Positions 28,357 through 42,794 of a stretch of DNA of 57,082 nucleotides are shown in pieces. The position numbers and the translations under genes are program-made. The stretch comes from Parasitella parasitica NRRL 2501 (taxonomy: Eukaryota > Fungi > Mucoromycota). The DNA lies in the NCBI GenBank assembly GCA_025201805.1, contig MU619290.1, positions 1-57,082 on the forward strand. Direction: 5' to 3'. The stretch's first letter is position 1, and each line of letters begins with the position of its first letter. The notes under the pieces are model-generated. The model made no database searches. It was not told the DNA's origin and worked only from the letters and a program-made list of their open reading frames with translations.

Positions 28357-28739
28357 AGGATGAATGATGAACGACAAGGTGCTTTCCATGTTGAGTGAAA
28401 TCTATTATGGTTGATACTGTATGAAATCGTTGAATTGAAGTGTCCATTTTAAGCTGCCTTTGAGGATGTACACATCCATCAAAAGCATATCAACAAAATT
28501 TTATTTCTTTCAATGATTTCGACCAAATTTCCCAACAACAATGTCAGAAAACTGCCCGTAATTGCACAGCTCCCATGTGCCGATGGATGCCTTTTGGCAC
28601 GATCAATGCAAAAATGGAGAGGCTTATGGGTCTCAGATGGTCACATCAAGGACTCTTTTTACCATTTTTTTTCTTTCGAGTTTTTTTTTTAGGGCATGAA
28701 CAGTGAATACCACATCTTTCTCGTTCTTTCAATTACAAT

Positions 28740-31700
28740 ATGGTTGCCATTGACAAGAAATCAAAGAAAGGTCAGCAGCAGCAACATACAAAGCTTGACA
28801 AGAGCAAAAAGTCCTTGACTCAGAGCGACAAAAAAGATGCCAAGACTCCTTTTCAAGCTCAAGATGACAAGCTTCGTGAAGCTATTATGGCATTAGGTGG
28901 AACCAAAGGCGATGTGAAATACTTGGAGAATATTGATAATGAAAATAATGAAAATTTGGTTACTGGAGATGATGTGAAAACAGAGGTTTTTATAGCTACA
29001 TGTATTAACTTTATGTATGATATTGACTGTGTATTAGGCATCTCTTCAAAAAGAATTAATGAGCTTTATGGCCAATATTGGTTTGTCTGCTGATAAATAT
29101 GAAGATGATATTGAAACTGAAGATGAAGAAGAAGTTGATAATGAGGATGAGGATGAGGATGAGGAAGCCGAGGATGAGGAAGTTGAAGACGAAGAAGACG
29201 AAGATGAAGATGAAGATGAAGAGGCAAATGAAGAGGCAGATGAAGAGGCAGATGAAGACGAAAGACAGTATGAAGTGTCTGATATGAAAATTCATCAGCC
29301 CAAGTTGATTCCTTCAAAGTCATTGGTAAGTTGTGTAGATATCCAAGAAATGTGGTCAATTAACAGCTGACAATCTCACTTGGATAGCTGGTGGAGCCTA
29401 CGCCATTCTGGTACAAGGTTGCACTTCCTGAGGTATCAATTGAAAACGTGAAGCGTTTGTCTCCTGTGGAAACGTCCGAGAAATATGCATTTGCAAAAGA
29501 GATTCTGGGCCAGGAAAACACCAATTCTGAAAAGCACCCGCTTCTCACATCATCCAATCGCAGTTTCATGTCCAACATCATCACTTCTGGTACACTAAAC
29601 GATAAAGTGTCTGCGCTGACCTTGATGTTTCGTGAGTCGCCTCTTCACGGCATCAAGACGTTGGACACTTTGATGGCGATGGGTAGAAAGAAGGGCAAAA
29701 ATGAGTGTGTCATGGCAATCACCAGTTTAAAGGATCTCTTTATCGGCTCTGTCTTGCCTGATCGCAAATTGATCTATTTTGCTGATAGACCTCTCGCCTC
29801 GAAAGATGTCACTCAGCTTCATCTTTTGCTATGGATTTTCGAAGATCACCTCAAAAAGACGTATCTTGAGTTCCTCCAGCTGATTGAAGAGCTTTCCCGC
29901 GATACTCTGATGCATGTTCGTAATAATATGGTCACTTGTTTGTACGATCTGTTGTCAAATAAGCCTGAGCAAGAACAGAATTTGTTGAAACTGCTTGTCA
30001 ACAAACTAGGCGACTCCGACAATAAGGTTGCTGCTAAATCGTCTCAACTGCTGATCGAGCTATTGATCAAACATCCCGGCATGAAGATGTTTGTTATTCG
30101 TGAATTGGAGCAACTCTTACTTCGCCCGAGCACCAGCGACAAGGCTCAGTACTATTCGATTATCACTATGAATCAGACCATTTTGACATCAAAAGACACA
30201 GCGGTTGCCAACAAGCTGATTGAACTGTACTTTATTTTCTTTAGAAAGCTCTTGAAGATTGTTGAAGACGAGGAAAAGGAGGAACTAAAGAACAGAAAAA
30301 AGACTGACGAACAAGTTGAGCCTGAAAAGAAGAGTGAAAAGAAGAAGAACAAGGAGAAAGCCAAGGAGAAGAGAGATATTGAGCTGGAAGATCATCAAAC
30401 CAAGATGATTGCTGCTATTCTGACAGGCGTAAACCGTGCTTTTCACTTTGCCAACGTCTCTGACGACATGTGAGTTGCAGCTGCATACTACGATGAAACT
30501 ACATATTTGTATATTTACTTGTGCTGTTGTTTAGAGTCGAAAAACATTTAGAAGTCTTGTTCAGAATGACTCATGCTGGTACATTCAACGCCGCCATTCA
30601 AGCGCTTTCACTTATCTTTACCATCTCGCTTTCCAAGCAAGCTGTATCCGACCGATTTTACCGAACACTGTACGAATCATTATTAGACCCTAGAATCAGC
30701 CATTCGTCCAAGCAATCCATGTATTTGAATCTCTTATTCAAGGCTATTCGTGCTGATACTGACACTCGTCGTGTGAAAGCCTATGTCAAGCGCATGGTGC
30801 AAATTGCGGCTCGTAATCAGCCAGCATTTGTATCAGGAATCTTTTTCCTTTTGAGTCAGGTATGTGGTTTATTGTTGTTATTTCGACAAATATTGACATA
30901 TCGCTACCGAAAAAGCTGATGGATGCTCAGCCCGGTTTGAGAACCATGCTTACAACACCCGAAGAAGACGACGACGAAGAATATTTTGTTGATGCCCCTG
31001 AGGAAGACGACGATGATGAAAAGAAGAAAAAGATTGCAGACGAAAAGGTTAAAAGAAGCCATGTCAAGTCAGAATATGACGGTAGAAAGCGTGATCCTAG
31101 ATTCAGTAACGCCGAGAAGAGTTGTTTATGGGAACTGGTAACAAAACAGACTGAGAGGAAACTAGCCAATTTATACTTACCTGCGTGTTTGGTAGATTCC
31201 TTTTAAAAACCACTATCACCCGTCCGTTGCTAAATATACAGAACAATTGTTCGCTGGCGAGCTTATTCAGAATCAGCCTGATTTGCACCAGTTTACGTTG
31301 ATGCACTTTTTAGACAGATTTGTGTATCGCAATGCCAAAAAATCAGCCACAACAAAAGGCCAATCTATCATGCAACCTTTGCAAGGAAGCAGGCGCGATG
31401 GCGGTATCATGTTCACCAAGGGGAGTGGCATCAAGAGCGGTGCTATTCCTCTCAACTCTGAAAAGTTCTTGCAAAAGAAGGAAGACGATGTGGAGGCTGA
31501 CGAAGTCTTTTTCCATAAATACTTTAACCAAAAGGCAGTAACCGCTGCCAAAAAGCCAAAGAAGGACAAAGCAAATGCTGGCGATGAAGACGCAGAAGAA
31601 GACGAAGTATGGCGTGCCATGATGTCATCTATACCCGGTGGATTAGACAACGAAGGAGACGACGATGATGAGGATTTAGACAATTCGGATGATGATGAAG

Positions 31701-32023
31701 AGATGAGAGCCTTGCTGATGTCTGACGAGGACGACCTGGCTGATGAGAAAGCTGGACAGGATATGGAGGAATTTGAATTAGATCAAGGCGAAGCAACAGA
31801 CAATGAAGAGGACGAAGATATTGAACTTGAATTAATGAACGCTTCCAGTATGGATGAGGATCAGGAAGAAGAGGAGCCGATTGAAAGCGGCAAACGGTCA
31901 GCGTTTGATGCATTTGAGGACTCAGATGGCTTAAAGAAGAAGAAACAAAAGAAGGAAGCGCTCCCTGTATTCGCTTCTTATGAGGACTATGCCAAGTTGA
32001 TTGAGCAAGATTTAAGCGATTAA
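28740..32023 (+). CDS. MAK21: Ribosome biogenesis protein Mak21/Noc1 (CBF/CEBPZ family)
   Basis: SGTLNDKVSALTL, KPEQEQNLLKLLVNKLGD, YDGRKRDPRF, HFLDRFVYRN, C-terminal LPVFASYEDYA; acidic tracts. Confidence 0.93.
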
Positions 32024-32630
32024 TCCTATATAATAAAATGTATATATACGCATATTATCACTGCTATAACAATAGAAAAGAGGGGTCCAAGGGACGGAGA
32101 TTTGATGTCAACATAACACTTTAACTGACCCAATGAATCGTATACACAATAGTTTTTTGAAACGGATGCAACGTAATAGAGAGCTGCCTCTAAACTAACG
32201 ACCCCCTTCCGATGTCAATCTGTTTTGATGTTACAAAAATGAGACCCGAGTTCCCTTTTGAAATCCCACCCCCTCCTCTTTTTTCACTTTCTTTGAAGAA
32301 AATAAGCAACCAGTCGGTGTGAAACGTTGCACCATTTCACTGATTACGGTCCTTTTAGGCAAATAATAGTTGATTTTTTGTGCTTGAAACAGGAATAAAA
32401 AGAACACTGCCTTGGCTCACTGTTTATCGGAGATGCCAATATTCAACAGCGACTTCGCTTGTGCAACACTATAGGCTTTGAAGTCCTAAAAGTATAAAAT
32501 GCGAATACAAATCACTTTTTTTTTCCACCTTCTCTATCCTTTTTTTATTATTTAACTGTATTTCACAATACCCACCCCCTCCTCTATTACAAAGTCAAGA
32601 TAATACAGAGAAAGAAACTAATACAAAGAC

Positions 32631-33709
32631 ATGCCTATTCCAATTGAATATAATTCCATTCGTCGTATGAGTACGATTAATGTACCCAAACAAGACATAA
32701 ACTTTGAGTGAGTTTGTATTTGGTTTTAGTAGACCACCATTCTGATTCTTATTATTGTAGCGCTTATGATTTCCAATTGTGTCAACCACAAAATGATGTC
32801 AAAGGAGCATTTGAATCGCGCGAATTGGAAGCAACATTCTGCCGTGATTTTGCCTGCTGTGGGTTAATCCTTGATGACCTTCATGATTTATTGCAACATT
32901 ATGAAGAATGCCATGTCAGGCTGGATGAGGATGAAGACAGCAGCTTCTATGATGAAACCGAGGCATCATGCTCTGGTAGCTGGTCTGCAATCTCATCGCC
33001 CACATTTGAACATCAACAAGTAGAAAACGATCAAATGGTGACACTTAAGAAAAAGGCTGCGGCGTATCTTTCTGATTTATACAATTCTACGTCTGCGGCG
33101 TCGTCATCTATGATAATGCCGCCAATATCGCCATCCATCTCAAACTTTGTAGAGGAAGAAATTGAAGAGCCAAAAACACCACCCACCAAAAAACCAGCCG
33201 GCAAAAAGCGAACATTTGGTCAAATGAATACGCCCAATGCACTTGATTTATTGACTCAATCAGCTGCAAAGAAAATCGCTCTTGCATCTGGTAACGGGGA
33301 TATTCCTTCGCCTTTATTAACTGACGAGGATTTCCTTGTGCAGGCCGGTGCTTTGTTAGCTTCTGCCAATCCTAATGCAAATGCAGACAAGCCTTACAAA
33401 TGTCCTGTCGGCGGGTGTGACAAGGCGTACAAGAATCCTAATGGATTGAAATACCACAATCAACATGGGCATTGCAATATGACAGCTGACGATAGTGATA
33501 ACATGGCAAAACCTTATCAATGCACAATTGGCGACTGCGGCAAGAGATACAAAAACTTGAATGGTCTAAAATATCATATTGAACATTCCCACATGGCTGC
33601 TTTAAATCATACTTTGGCTGCGTTCGGCTCTACACTGTTCGCAAATGCCTTTTCAAACGAAGCATTGCCTCAGTCATCTCAATCACCCGCATCTTCATCC
33701 TCTTCCTAA
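32631..33709 (+). CDS. SFP1: Sfp1/JAZF1-like C2H2 zinc-finger transcription factor
   Basis: FCRDFACCG...LHDLLQHYEECH; KPYKCPVGGCDKAYKNPNGLKYH; KRYKNLNGLKYH; short exon 1 from ATG 32631. Confidence 0.8.
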
Positions 33710-34803
33710 TTAATCTCATTTTGTATACATGTCCTTTCCCCCCAACCCAACCCAACCCAACCCAAAAGAAACCCTTGATTTTTTTTCCAAAACTCCCTCA
33801 AAAATCTAAAAAGTTTATTATCCCAGGATTCCCTTTTTTTTTTTCACATCTACTAACGAAACTGAAATTGACGACCTTAAGAGTCTGCTCCCTGTATATA
33901 TTCTGTTTCTTGGGGTTTCCTCTTCCAAAAGTTTTCTAACAAAAAAAAGTTCATTATATTATTATTATTAATTTCTATCTTTTTCAATAAATTATTATCT
34001 ATTACTTGTTTCAACAATCTGTGGGGCAAATGACGTTGATCTTGAATCGCAGTTACTACATGTAAAATCCTTTTCATTTGACATGCGTACTCAATGCGTG
34101 AGTTTATGCAATGTATAGCCTCCCTTTCTATATTTACTATCATATTTTATATTAAAAAATCAGTTTGAATCACTATAGAGACAACAGTTTTCTTCTTCAA
34201 CCACCGTTGCTATGGTGACAACCCCTTTCCATGTAGTTGATTGAATCGGCGTCCATACCCTATTTAGCCAGGTACATAGGCCGCAGACATACTCTTTATG
34301 TTATATCCTTCAACAAATCAGGATATGGACAATCTATCTACAGATGTTTTCTCGAACCTACTAGTATACTAGAAAGGATGAGGAGGTAATTCTTACATTG
34401 CCTCAGGAATTCGTAAATGAATAAATATCATCATTATGTGTTACACGATCAATAAAAGCACCTAACCAAGTATAGACACACAAACATACACTATTAGATA
34501 CATACAAACATTTATTGATAAAGTGTTTACATGCTATACTCACCAGAGCCATGTCTAGATGTTGTCGGCTTCTGTGTGCAATCTTATAGACCTGTTTGCT
34601 GCTTCCCAGCCCTTTTTTTTTTTTTTTTTTTTCACCTTACTCTCATGTGCTACCATATGTATACCATATAGCATCATGTAATCTACTAAAACAAATTGTG
34701 TGTTTCACATTGTAAATGCTTTATTTTCTCATTGCTGCCAGCCATAATAACGTTGTATGTCATATGAAAAGCAAGCCTATATTATTTAAATAAAATAATT
34801 TTA

Positions 34804-36152
34804 TTATTGTGCAATGTACATGGAACTAACTCTGTTAGATCTATCTACTTGGCTGTTTGATGAAGTTTCTAAAGTGGGATAATCGATGCAATGTTTAGGG
34901 AACACACCCTTAGTATTTCCTCTAGTTAAATTAATGCCTTGACACCATCCATCATCATATTCAACCAAAACTTCGACCTGGTCTCCTGTTTGAATATCAA
35001 TTTCGTCACTCAATGTTGGCGTATATGTTGCTGCGACAAGGAATACGCCAACCGATCCAGCTTGAGTTGGTTGCAGTAAAGCCTGCTGTTGTTGCACAAC
35101 ACCAGCACCAGCAGCAGGGATATCCAATGTGTTTCCATTGGTATCTTTCATAGAAACATCACTTTTAGACTGCTCTTGTTGGAAAATTGTGTTTGGCTGG
35201 TATTGCTGATTAGGTTGTGCTTGATACTGTTGATTGAGTTGCGGTTGAAATTTGTATGAATTTGATTTTTGTTCTTGGTCTTCAGGCATCATAGAACCGG
35301 CTATAATATGATTATTAGCATCGTGGAATTGAGCAGTATTATTATTGCCGTTGCTGTGGTAAGCAGAAGGTGGTGTAGGCGATGTAACTGCAATAGTAGG
35401 TTCAACTGTACCATATTGGTGCTGATAGGGTCCAGTATTCATTTGTTGCATTTGTGGTTGTGGTTGTTGGTAAGGGGACTGAGCACTATGGAATGCTTGA
35501 TCACTGCCAAAACCCATATTGAAGGGATCAGGTTTAGCCATGCGAGAGTTTGTATTGCGACTTTTAATGTTTCTTTTTCTACGGAGGAAAAGATAGGCAA
35601 TAACGCCAGCAATGATAATGACGATGGCAGCAACAATGCCTCCAATAGCGCCGCCTGATATACCACTGTTGCTGTCTGATAAAGCTGTATCTTTCTGCGC
35701 AATAGATGTAGACGATGCTATAATGCCTGATGGTGATGATCCGTTAGGAGCAGGATTTACCGCCATAACAGAAGGTTGAGTGCTGGTTGCTGCAGTGGGA
35801 TTGGCGGCAGATGAAGCTGCTGAGGTAGACGCTGATGGGCTAATATTTTTAACAGCTGTCGACTTCGCAGTAGCAGAAGATGCTTTGGTTGTCGTTGAAG
35901 CCTTTTTTGTGGTACTGGCTGTTGCTTTTTTAGTCGTTGTTGCTGTTGCTTTTTTGGTAGAAGCCGAGGAATTGGCAAATTTTTGTGTTGAAGCTATTAA
36001 TATTGTCATAAACAATGAAAATCTTTTTCTCTGATTTATTTTTCAAATACTTTACATTCAGCCCTTTTATTGATATCCCAATCAAATGGTGAAGCTTCCG
36101 TTGGATCAATTGCAATAAATGCAATGGTCGAAATCAGTAATGGCAAGCTCAT
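34804..36152 (-). CDS. Single-pass membrane protein: signal peptide, Ser/Thr/Ala-rich ectodomain, TM helix, C-terminal SH3
   Basis: MSLPLLISTIAFIA signal-like exon; GGAIGGIVAAIVIIIAGVIAYLFLRRK TM; YTPTLSDEI...YDDGWCQG...GVFP SH3. Confidence 0.88.
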
Positions 36153-36415
36153 ATTTCTTAAGTGGGGAGATAAAAAAGATCTAAACAAGAAACGAAGGGG
36201 AAGTGTATATATTGGAGAGAAAAAAAACGAAGGAAAAGGAGTGGTTTCTCACTTAGGAGAAGAAAAAGATGAAAGAGAAAAAGAACTTGAATCAAAATCG
36301 TATTAAACGCCTAAAATATAAATTAAACTAGTAGTAAATAATCAATTTTGTGCTATATTTTCTCTTTACTCATGTTACACTGCGAATTACACTCGTGTAT
36401 CCCTGTTTTATTTCA

Positions 36416-36949
36416 TTATATTACCCAAGAATCAAGCACCTGGGCATCGTATTTATTATCAATTGCCTTTATCAGATCAACCAAACTATTACTTTGGTTT
36501 ATTTCTATTGTTTCTACAATGGCTGTTTTGTTGTTAAAATAGACTTTCGTACTAGAAATCCATTTTACTGATGCTAATGTGTTTTTGATTCGATTTGCAC
36601 ATGCTTCACATCCTAAACCGTCTAAATGAATTCTATAGTAGTAGGCTGTTTTTACTGCCGTTGACGGTGCTAGTGCTGACTGGTTTACCCACCCTACTAT
36701 TTCTGGGCTTACCATAAGCATGATAGAAACCATGAAAGAAAGCCATGTTTCGCTCTTTTTCCTTGCCGTGAATAGATTATAGCTTAGCAACGATATTGTG
36801 ATTGCAGTAAGAATTGGTCGATAGGGAGCAAACACCGCGAACCCAGCACAGGAAACAGAAAGTAAATTTAGTGCTAATTGAATAATACAGCAAGACGAGG
36901 ATAATAGAGCTGTCAGAGCAGGAAGTTGTTGCAGTATGAGCCGAGCCAT
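36416..36949 (-). CDS. MerT-like membrane domain fused to a heavy-metal-associated (HMA) domain
   Basis: SSSCCIIQL and PYRP as in MerT TM1/TM2, three hydrophobic helices, then LDGLGCEACA (HMA CxxC); intronless. Confidence 0.75.
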   Translation of the reverse strand: MARLILQQLPALTALLSSSCCIIQLALNLLSVSCAGFAVFAPYRPILTAITISLLSYNLFTARKKSETWLSFMVSIMLMVSPEIVGWVNQSALAPSTAVKTAYYYRIHLDGLGCEACANRIKNTLASVKWISSTKVYFNNKTAIVETIEINQSNSLVDLIKAIDNKYDAQVLDSWVI

Positions 36950-38139
36950 ATCCTTGTATAGTGTGAGCAGAAAGGATAATAGAAAGCGCAAAGAATGAGA
37001 CTATTTATTCCATTATTTGGCAAAGCCATTATTGGCCCCTTGAAGGAATCAAGCATAAAGTGCTCATGAGTATGTTTGTATTTGTGCATCTATGAACAGG
37101 CGATCTGCTATAATTCTATTTATTACCTCCAGCCATTTTAAAAAGAGATTTGTCTCTTCAAGTATGTAGCCTTATTCACGATCCGTGATGTGCGAATAGG
37201 ACGGTGATATATTATATGTACTAATTATTACACACAATCCTAATTGCTGAAGTATCGTAGTATTAATTCGGTTAAGGCCGTAATATACAGCTTTGTTCGA
37301 TTATTTTTGAAAGCCAAAATTGCTCAAGAAAACCTTTAGAAATTTCTTAAAAAGTTAATACTTTCCTTTTAATCGAAACTAAAGCCTTACAAAACAACTT
37401 GCCCCTGAGTAAACTGAAAAGTTTGCTATTTTTGGCTGTTGTTTGGAATTCACCAAATAAATCATCTTTATAGAGTATTTGATTGCGTACCTGATAGTCT
37501 CACCTTAGTATGCTCTTTTATAAGGTGATTGACTAGGAAAAACTGCGTTTCTCGACTAAAAGTACATGTATTTTGCATAAACAATTAAGGATGCGGATGA
37601 GAGTGTTTGACGTGAACATTACAGCAGCTATCCGCTAACATATATTTGCCACGTGTTACTGCCAATGCTCAATAATATTGAAGAGAATTTTTTCGATGTA
37701 TGTTTGACGTTTCTTGATTGCTGACACTTTTATCGACAATGTCAACTACAATCGCTACAGCCTATTTTTATTAAATGTGAATGTGGACAGTTGATGAGGC
37801 ACTATAGTATATGTCGTACTGATGTGAATCAAATGATGTGAACATGGACACACAACGTTACATGGAAATTTCCAATTAGGTGAACAATTTCCTTGGAAAA
37901 GGAATGTATTTAAAAACACTGATTGCCAGCAACCAGAGGCATGGACGGCAGATTCTTTATTCATTTTATCTGTTTGAAATATATTCCAAAGAAACCATTT
38001 ACGTTTAAAAAACTGGTATTTCCCACTAACATGCAACATCTAATGAGTCTATACCAAAGAAAGAGAAAAAAAAAAAAACTGATTTCATAAAACATAAAAA
38101 CAGTTGTAGTAGTGATATTATTATTACATAGTGTCAAGT

Positions 38140-39601
38140 TTACTTCTTTGTAAGTGATTTTTGGCTACTTTGTGATTCATGTAAAGACGATGCACAAAAC
38201 GCACTTTCTGAGGATTCTCTATCATCACATTTGTCAACAGTTGTGATTTTAGAGTCATTTCGAGGAGTAGATTTCTTGTGCTCTGTGAAACCATAAAGTT
38301 CAGTGATCGGCGTATTGGCATCGAATCGAGTTATTTGTTCATCAAGATCAAACTCGTTCAATTTTCGGTGGAATGAACGATCATGGTGCATAGAATGATT
38401 AGGATTGGAGTTGTTTTGATTTGTAGAAAACTCCATGTTGCTAATATCTCTACCCCTTCGTATAGTTGCTTGAGATGTCACCCAATGAATAGTAACGACA
38501 TTGATAGTTACGTCCACTGCATAGTATATATAATGTGATTAAATAAAGGATCACCAAAAAGGCGTGGTCTATATTACCTGTACAACAAGCGAGACATACA
38601 AGTCCTCGTTCTCTGCCATTGAACATCTGCAAAGAGAAAATATTCGCAAAGGAGATAATAAGGCAGACAACAGAGGCAACCAGTGTTCGAAGAGCAACAT
38701 TGTGAAGTCTAGATTGTTGTCGATCCAAGATGTCCTTTGATTTTCCTAATTTTAAGAGAGGCCGAACGAAAAATATGGTCATATACAAGTTGATAGCCTG
38801 AATATACAGGACAAAAAAGTAGTCAGCATTTTGCATATCCATATATCTAGTGATATTGATCTTACAAAATCATACGCCTATTTCATATCTTAGTAAGTCT
38901 CAATGCTAAAACAGTAAATATGTAGTCTTACTATAAGTGGGATTGCGGCAACGGATTGAAGACCAATAATACAAACACCGGAAGCTTCTAATTCAGCCGT
39001 GTGGAAGATAAGCTATAAAAAATGTTGGTTTAGATGATGTTCAATATAAAAGAATATGTGCTAGTACCATCAAGGTTAAGATTGCAATGTATGGCACCAT
39101 CAATAGTACATGTATGCGATAAGACAATGTCTTCCATCTAGTTTGTCTAGTAGATGAGACAACATACACTTTTTCAATGAGCCTAATGACAATGTTAACA
39201 TATAAGTATTGGTATACTTTAGTATATGCACTACCATGCATAGATGACAAGCTTTGTTCCAGAATAGAATACATCGCATACCATGATGGATAGCAAGCAT
39301 GATGTAAAATTGGCTTCATTGAAACGAGTATTAGATGACATTTTCGTAACAATTTTAGCCATGATTTACCGTTATTTGTCGTAACAAGGATCATGCTGAT
39401 AGTGGTAAATGCCCAAGAAAGTAAATATAATGCTAGAACAAGCCATCTGGAATATGTCAAGTATTTAAATTGAACATTGTATGTCTTGATACCAAACAAG
39501 ACCGCCAGCACGGTAACTGATAATAAAGATATTATTTTGGCTGCCAATTCTGAACCATCTGGCTGAGGTGTTTGGATAAAATCTGGTGAAGTTGTGCTCA
39601 T
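38140..39601 (-). CDS. 7TM GPCR-like membrane protein, spliced
   Basis: Successive hydrophobic helices over exons, WLIEKVYVV at the TM3 end, CIIGL loop, FFVRPL, CTVDVTINVVTIHWVT TM7, polar tail. Confidence 0.7.
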
Positions 39602-40689
39602 AAATCAAAAAATGAAGAAAATCGATAATAATTCAAACAATATTGTTTGATTTATATATCATGTCAATTCAATTCCTTCGATAGTGTCACCGTTGTTCAT
39701 TTCGGCCCTCCTTAATTTTTTTTACCTATCAAGTCCATATGAGTGGGAACGGACCAAAAATGAGCTGATACCTATAATACTGGTGCGACAATGTCAATGT
39801 AAATACTACGGAATCAACTTGTTTTATCGCCAACATGACGCAACACTTCAGCAGATGTAACATAAAAAACATGCATAAGTCTCCATGAATTCAACTGAAA
39901 ACAAATCTTGTTTTTTTCCACAATTAATATTGTTTAAATTGGTGCATAAAATGTGAGTAAACACAAACAACAAAACCTCCTTATTCTGATATATTTAGGC
40001 GGGGAAAGCTAATGGTTCCCATACATATTTCTAAATATAGAAACCGAGGTTTCTAAATGGTTTGTCCACGTTTAAGTGATCACTCCTGAAAATAGTTGTA
40101 CAGTGCGGCTTGTAAATATTGTCACTGCGCGAAAAGTAAATGCCACAACTCGAAATCTGGTTGTCAGTTGGGCAAAAATGATTGTCGCTTTCGAAAAATC
40201 ATACTGTCTATTCCCCCCAAAAGTCATAATGTCGACTTTGACCAACTGCTACAAAATTTCATCTTGGTCAAGTTGCTTCTCCATTTAGAGATAATTAGCT
40301 GTTAATATTGAGCCTATCTATCACGGTGCAGTATAGTTTTGAAACGAAACGATATGCTTTTACAGTGTCTCCATTGCAAAATTGCCTTTTAGAATTAGCT
40401 CGACTTTTAATGTATCTCAATTGGCGCGTTTTTTACCAAAACGCTGTGTGCTCATTTTGGTTACAGTCTAGATTATTATGCTAGGATAGATGTATTACGG
40501 GTAATTTGGTAAAATCTTAAATTTGCGGGATCAATAACCTTATTATCAAATTTATCAAATGTCTATAAACCCTTTGTATGTTGTTTTTTTTTGTATTAAA
40601 GCGTATTTTTATTAGCTTCATGTATTGAGTACGTACTATTTAGAGGTAGGGCCAAGTTGCCAGCCTGGACATCTACCGAAGAATAAAAG

Positions 40690-40905
40690 GAACCATAATC
40701 CTGACGAACCATGTTCAGAACAGCTGACTGTATCCAAGGCTCCGCGTCTATGACACGTCGCTAGTGATATCTCCAAAGCATTAAAACACTGCACCAAGCA
40801 ACGCCAGAATATCTTCATCTAACGCCACCATTTCTGGCGAGCAAAAACTATTAGGGGCTTTCCAAATCGACAGGTCATTGGGGAGCTCCACTTTGCAAAA
40901 AATTC
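40690..40905 (-). pseudogene. Possible LINE (non-LTR) ORF2 C-terminal remnant
   Basis: Degraded frames read LSIWKA...LALLGAVF...WRYH*R, resembling the WRxHW tail of L1-like ORF2s. Confidence 0.35.
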
Positions 40906-41168
40906 TCTACAAACTATTATATGAGCTCTAGAAAAGTTCCTAATTATCTTGAATAATTCTCTAATTATACTGTTCATTATAACAGCTACAGAGATTTACA
41001 AAGCCATTTAACTTAATACATGGTAATGCCTGATTCACATGGCGCTATGATACTACTAGATGTTTTTTTTTAGAACCATTACTCTTTTCAATTATATTTC
41101 TGAAAAGAAAACGTGAATGCTTTATACGCAGTAAACTTAAAAAAAAACATATTGCTTTTCGACTTTAG

Positions 41169-42794
41169 CTAGAATAATCGTCGACGGGCACGCTGTACAG
41201 CAGGATTATTTTTGTCTAATTTGCGTTTTTTGTCCCTGATAATAATTGGTGTGTGCATTGAGACAATATTGTCCAAAAGACGAATGGCAGGTTGAGGACA
41301 ATTTCTTAATTTCACTGCAGATGAATGAACGATGACTTGTAACTTTTGAAACAAAGGAAATATCGGTAATAGCTGATGCATTTGGTAGCAATCACCAGGA
41401 AAATTGACACTTTTAAACAATACAACACGGTACAATCCATCAAATACATGATCCATACAATATACATGACAGCGATTTCCCTTCATGAGAATACCAGAAA
41501 CGATAACACCAGAATAACCATCATTATGTAGCGCTTTCATGGAGTCTTTCAGCTCTCTACATAACTTGACTAATTCATTTACATGCTTGGTTTTGTTTGG
41601 TTTTGCTTCTAAAGATAACAGTATATGGTCGGATTTGCTGGAAACAACCGTGAAATCAGCTCTTTTACCATAGTTCTTGAGTGATGGATCCAATCTGGTA
41701 AATCTCTTGGAATAATCAGAAATCATGGCATCGCAACCAATTGATTTGGTCAATGGACTGTTTGGAAAGTAGGATCTGAAAAAGGCGTCGATTGTATCTC
41801 GGACAAGAGTTGCTTCATTTAATTGATCGGTAGAATAATCTGTACAATAGATATTCGTAACATCATATAAAACTCTACAAACAGAAGTATCATCCGGATA
41901 CTTATTCTCGTACTCTTTGATATATTTCTGGATTGCAGTGATATTGATATTTCTTGTAGCAAGATCGTTTGCAAACATGATAACTAGCTCTTCTTGAGAT
42001 CTCTTCATACAGGCACTTTTAAATGCATCAACTTGGTCAATATCATTAAAGATACGTGGCACTTCTTCATAATCCACAATATCAGTGTTTACAAATCCAT
42101 TATCAAGTATCATTATTCCATCCAAAGCCAGCTGTTCGTGATCATTCAGATCTTGCAAATCTTCAGCTTTACTAATAGCAGCATCCCGATAATCAAAGAA
42201 TGCTTGTGAAACATCATAATTATTCACCATCCATCTGATAGAGTTCTCCTTGAGCTTGTATTGATAAGTTTGTCCATCATGGACTAGGTAATGTTTTGCT
42301 ACACCTTGATTTTCATCATTTGAGCTGCTCGGCGATGGTGTCGAATCGCGGCTTCGATACTCAGATCCTTCACTCTCTTCATTGCCAGACGATTCAGCTG
42401 CAAAAACATTCTCGTAATTTTGTACCTGTCTCATTGTCTGTTGGATCTCTGCGGCTTTCAATTTTGATCTTGTGAGTTTCATTGATTTAGCATTCCAATA
42501 ATCGATAAATGCTTTTTGTTCAAAGATCTAATAAGCACTTTTAGAGCAAGCCTTAAATACTTGATAAACTTTTTTTCATACCCCAAAGTTATCCTTGATA
42601 ATAGCGTGAGCAAACGCTCTCGCCTTTTTTGATGATTCTTTTTTATCTTTAGTGTCTTTGATACCCTCTACTAAAAGCTTGAAATTGGCAACTGCAGAAT
42701 GTTTAGTTGGACAACCTTGGATATCCAAAAACTTGATTATGTCAAACAACTGATATGATGCATGTTCAGAGAAGTATTCAAAAAGCTCTCCCAT
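41169..42794 (-). CDS. PD-(D/E)xK nuclease-like gene #2 (two exons, apparently intact)
   Basis: Exon 1 MGELFEYF...; intron ~42527-42580; exon 2 LNEATLV...GKRADFTVV...ILLSLEAK...KLCRELKD (D...ExK core). Confidence 0.72.

Noticed and set aside
29056-29359. Overlapping low-complexity ORFs (HLPL, FICL, MKMK repeats)
   Set aside because: Shadow frames of the Mak21 acidic tract
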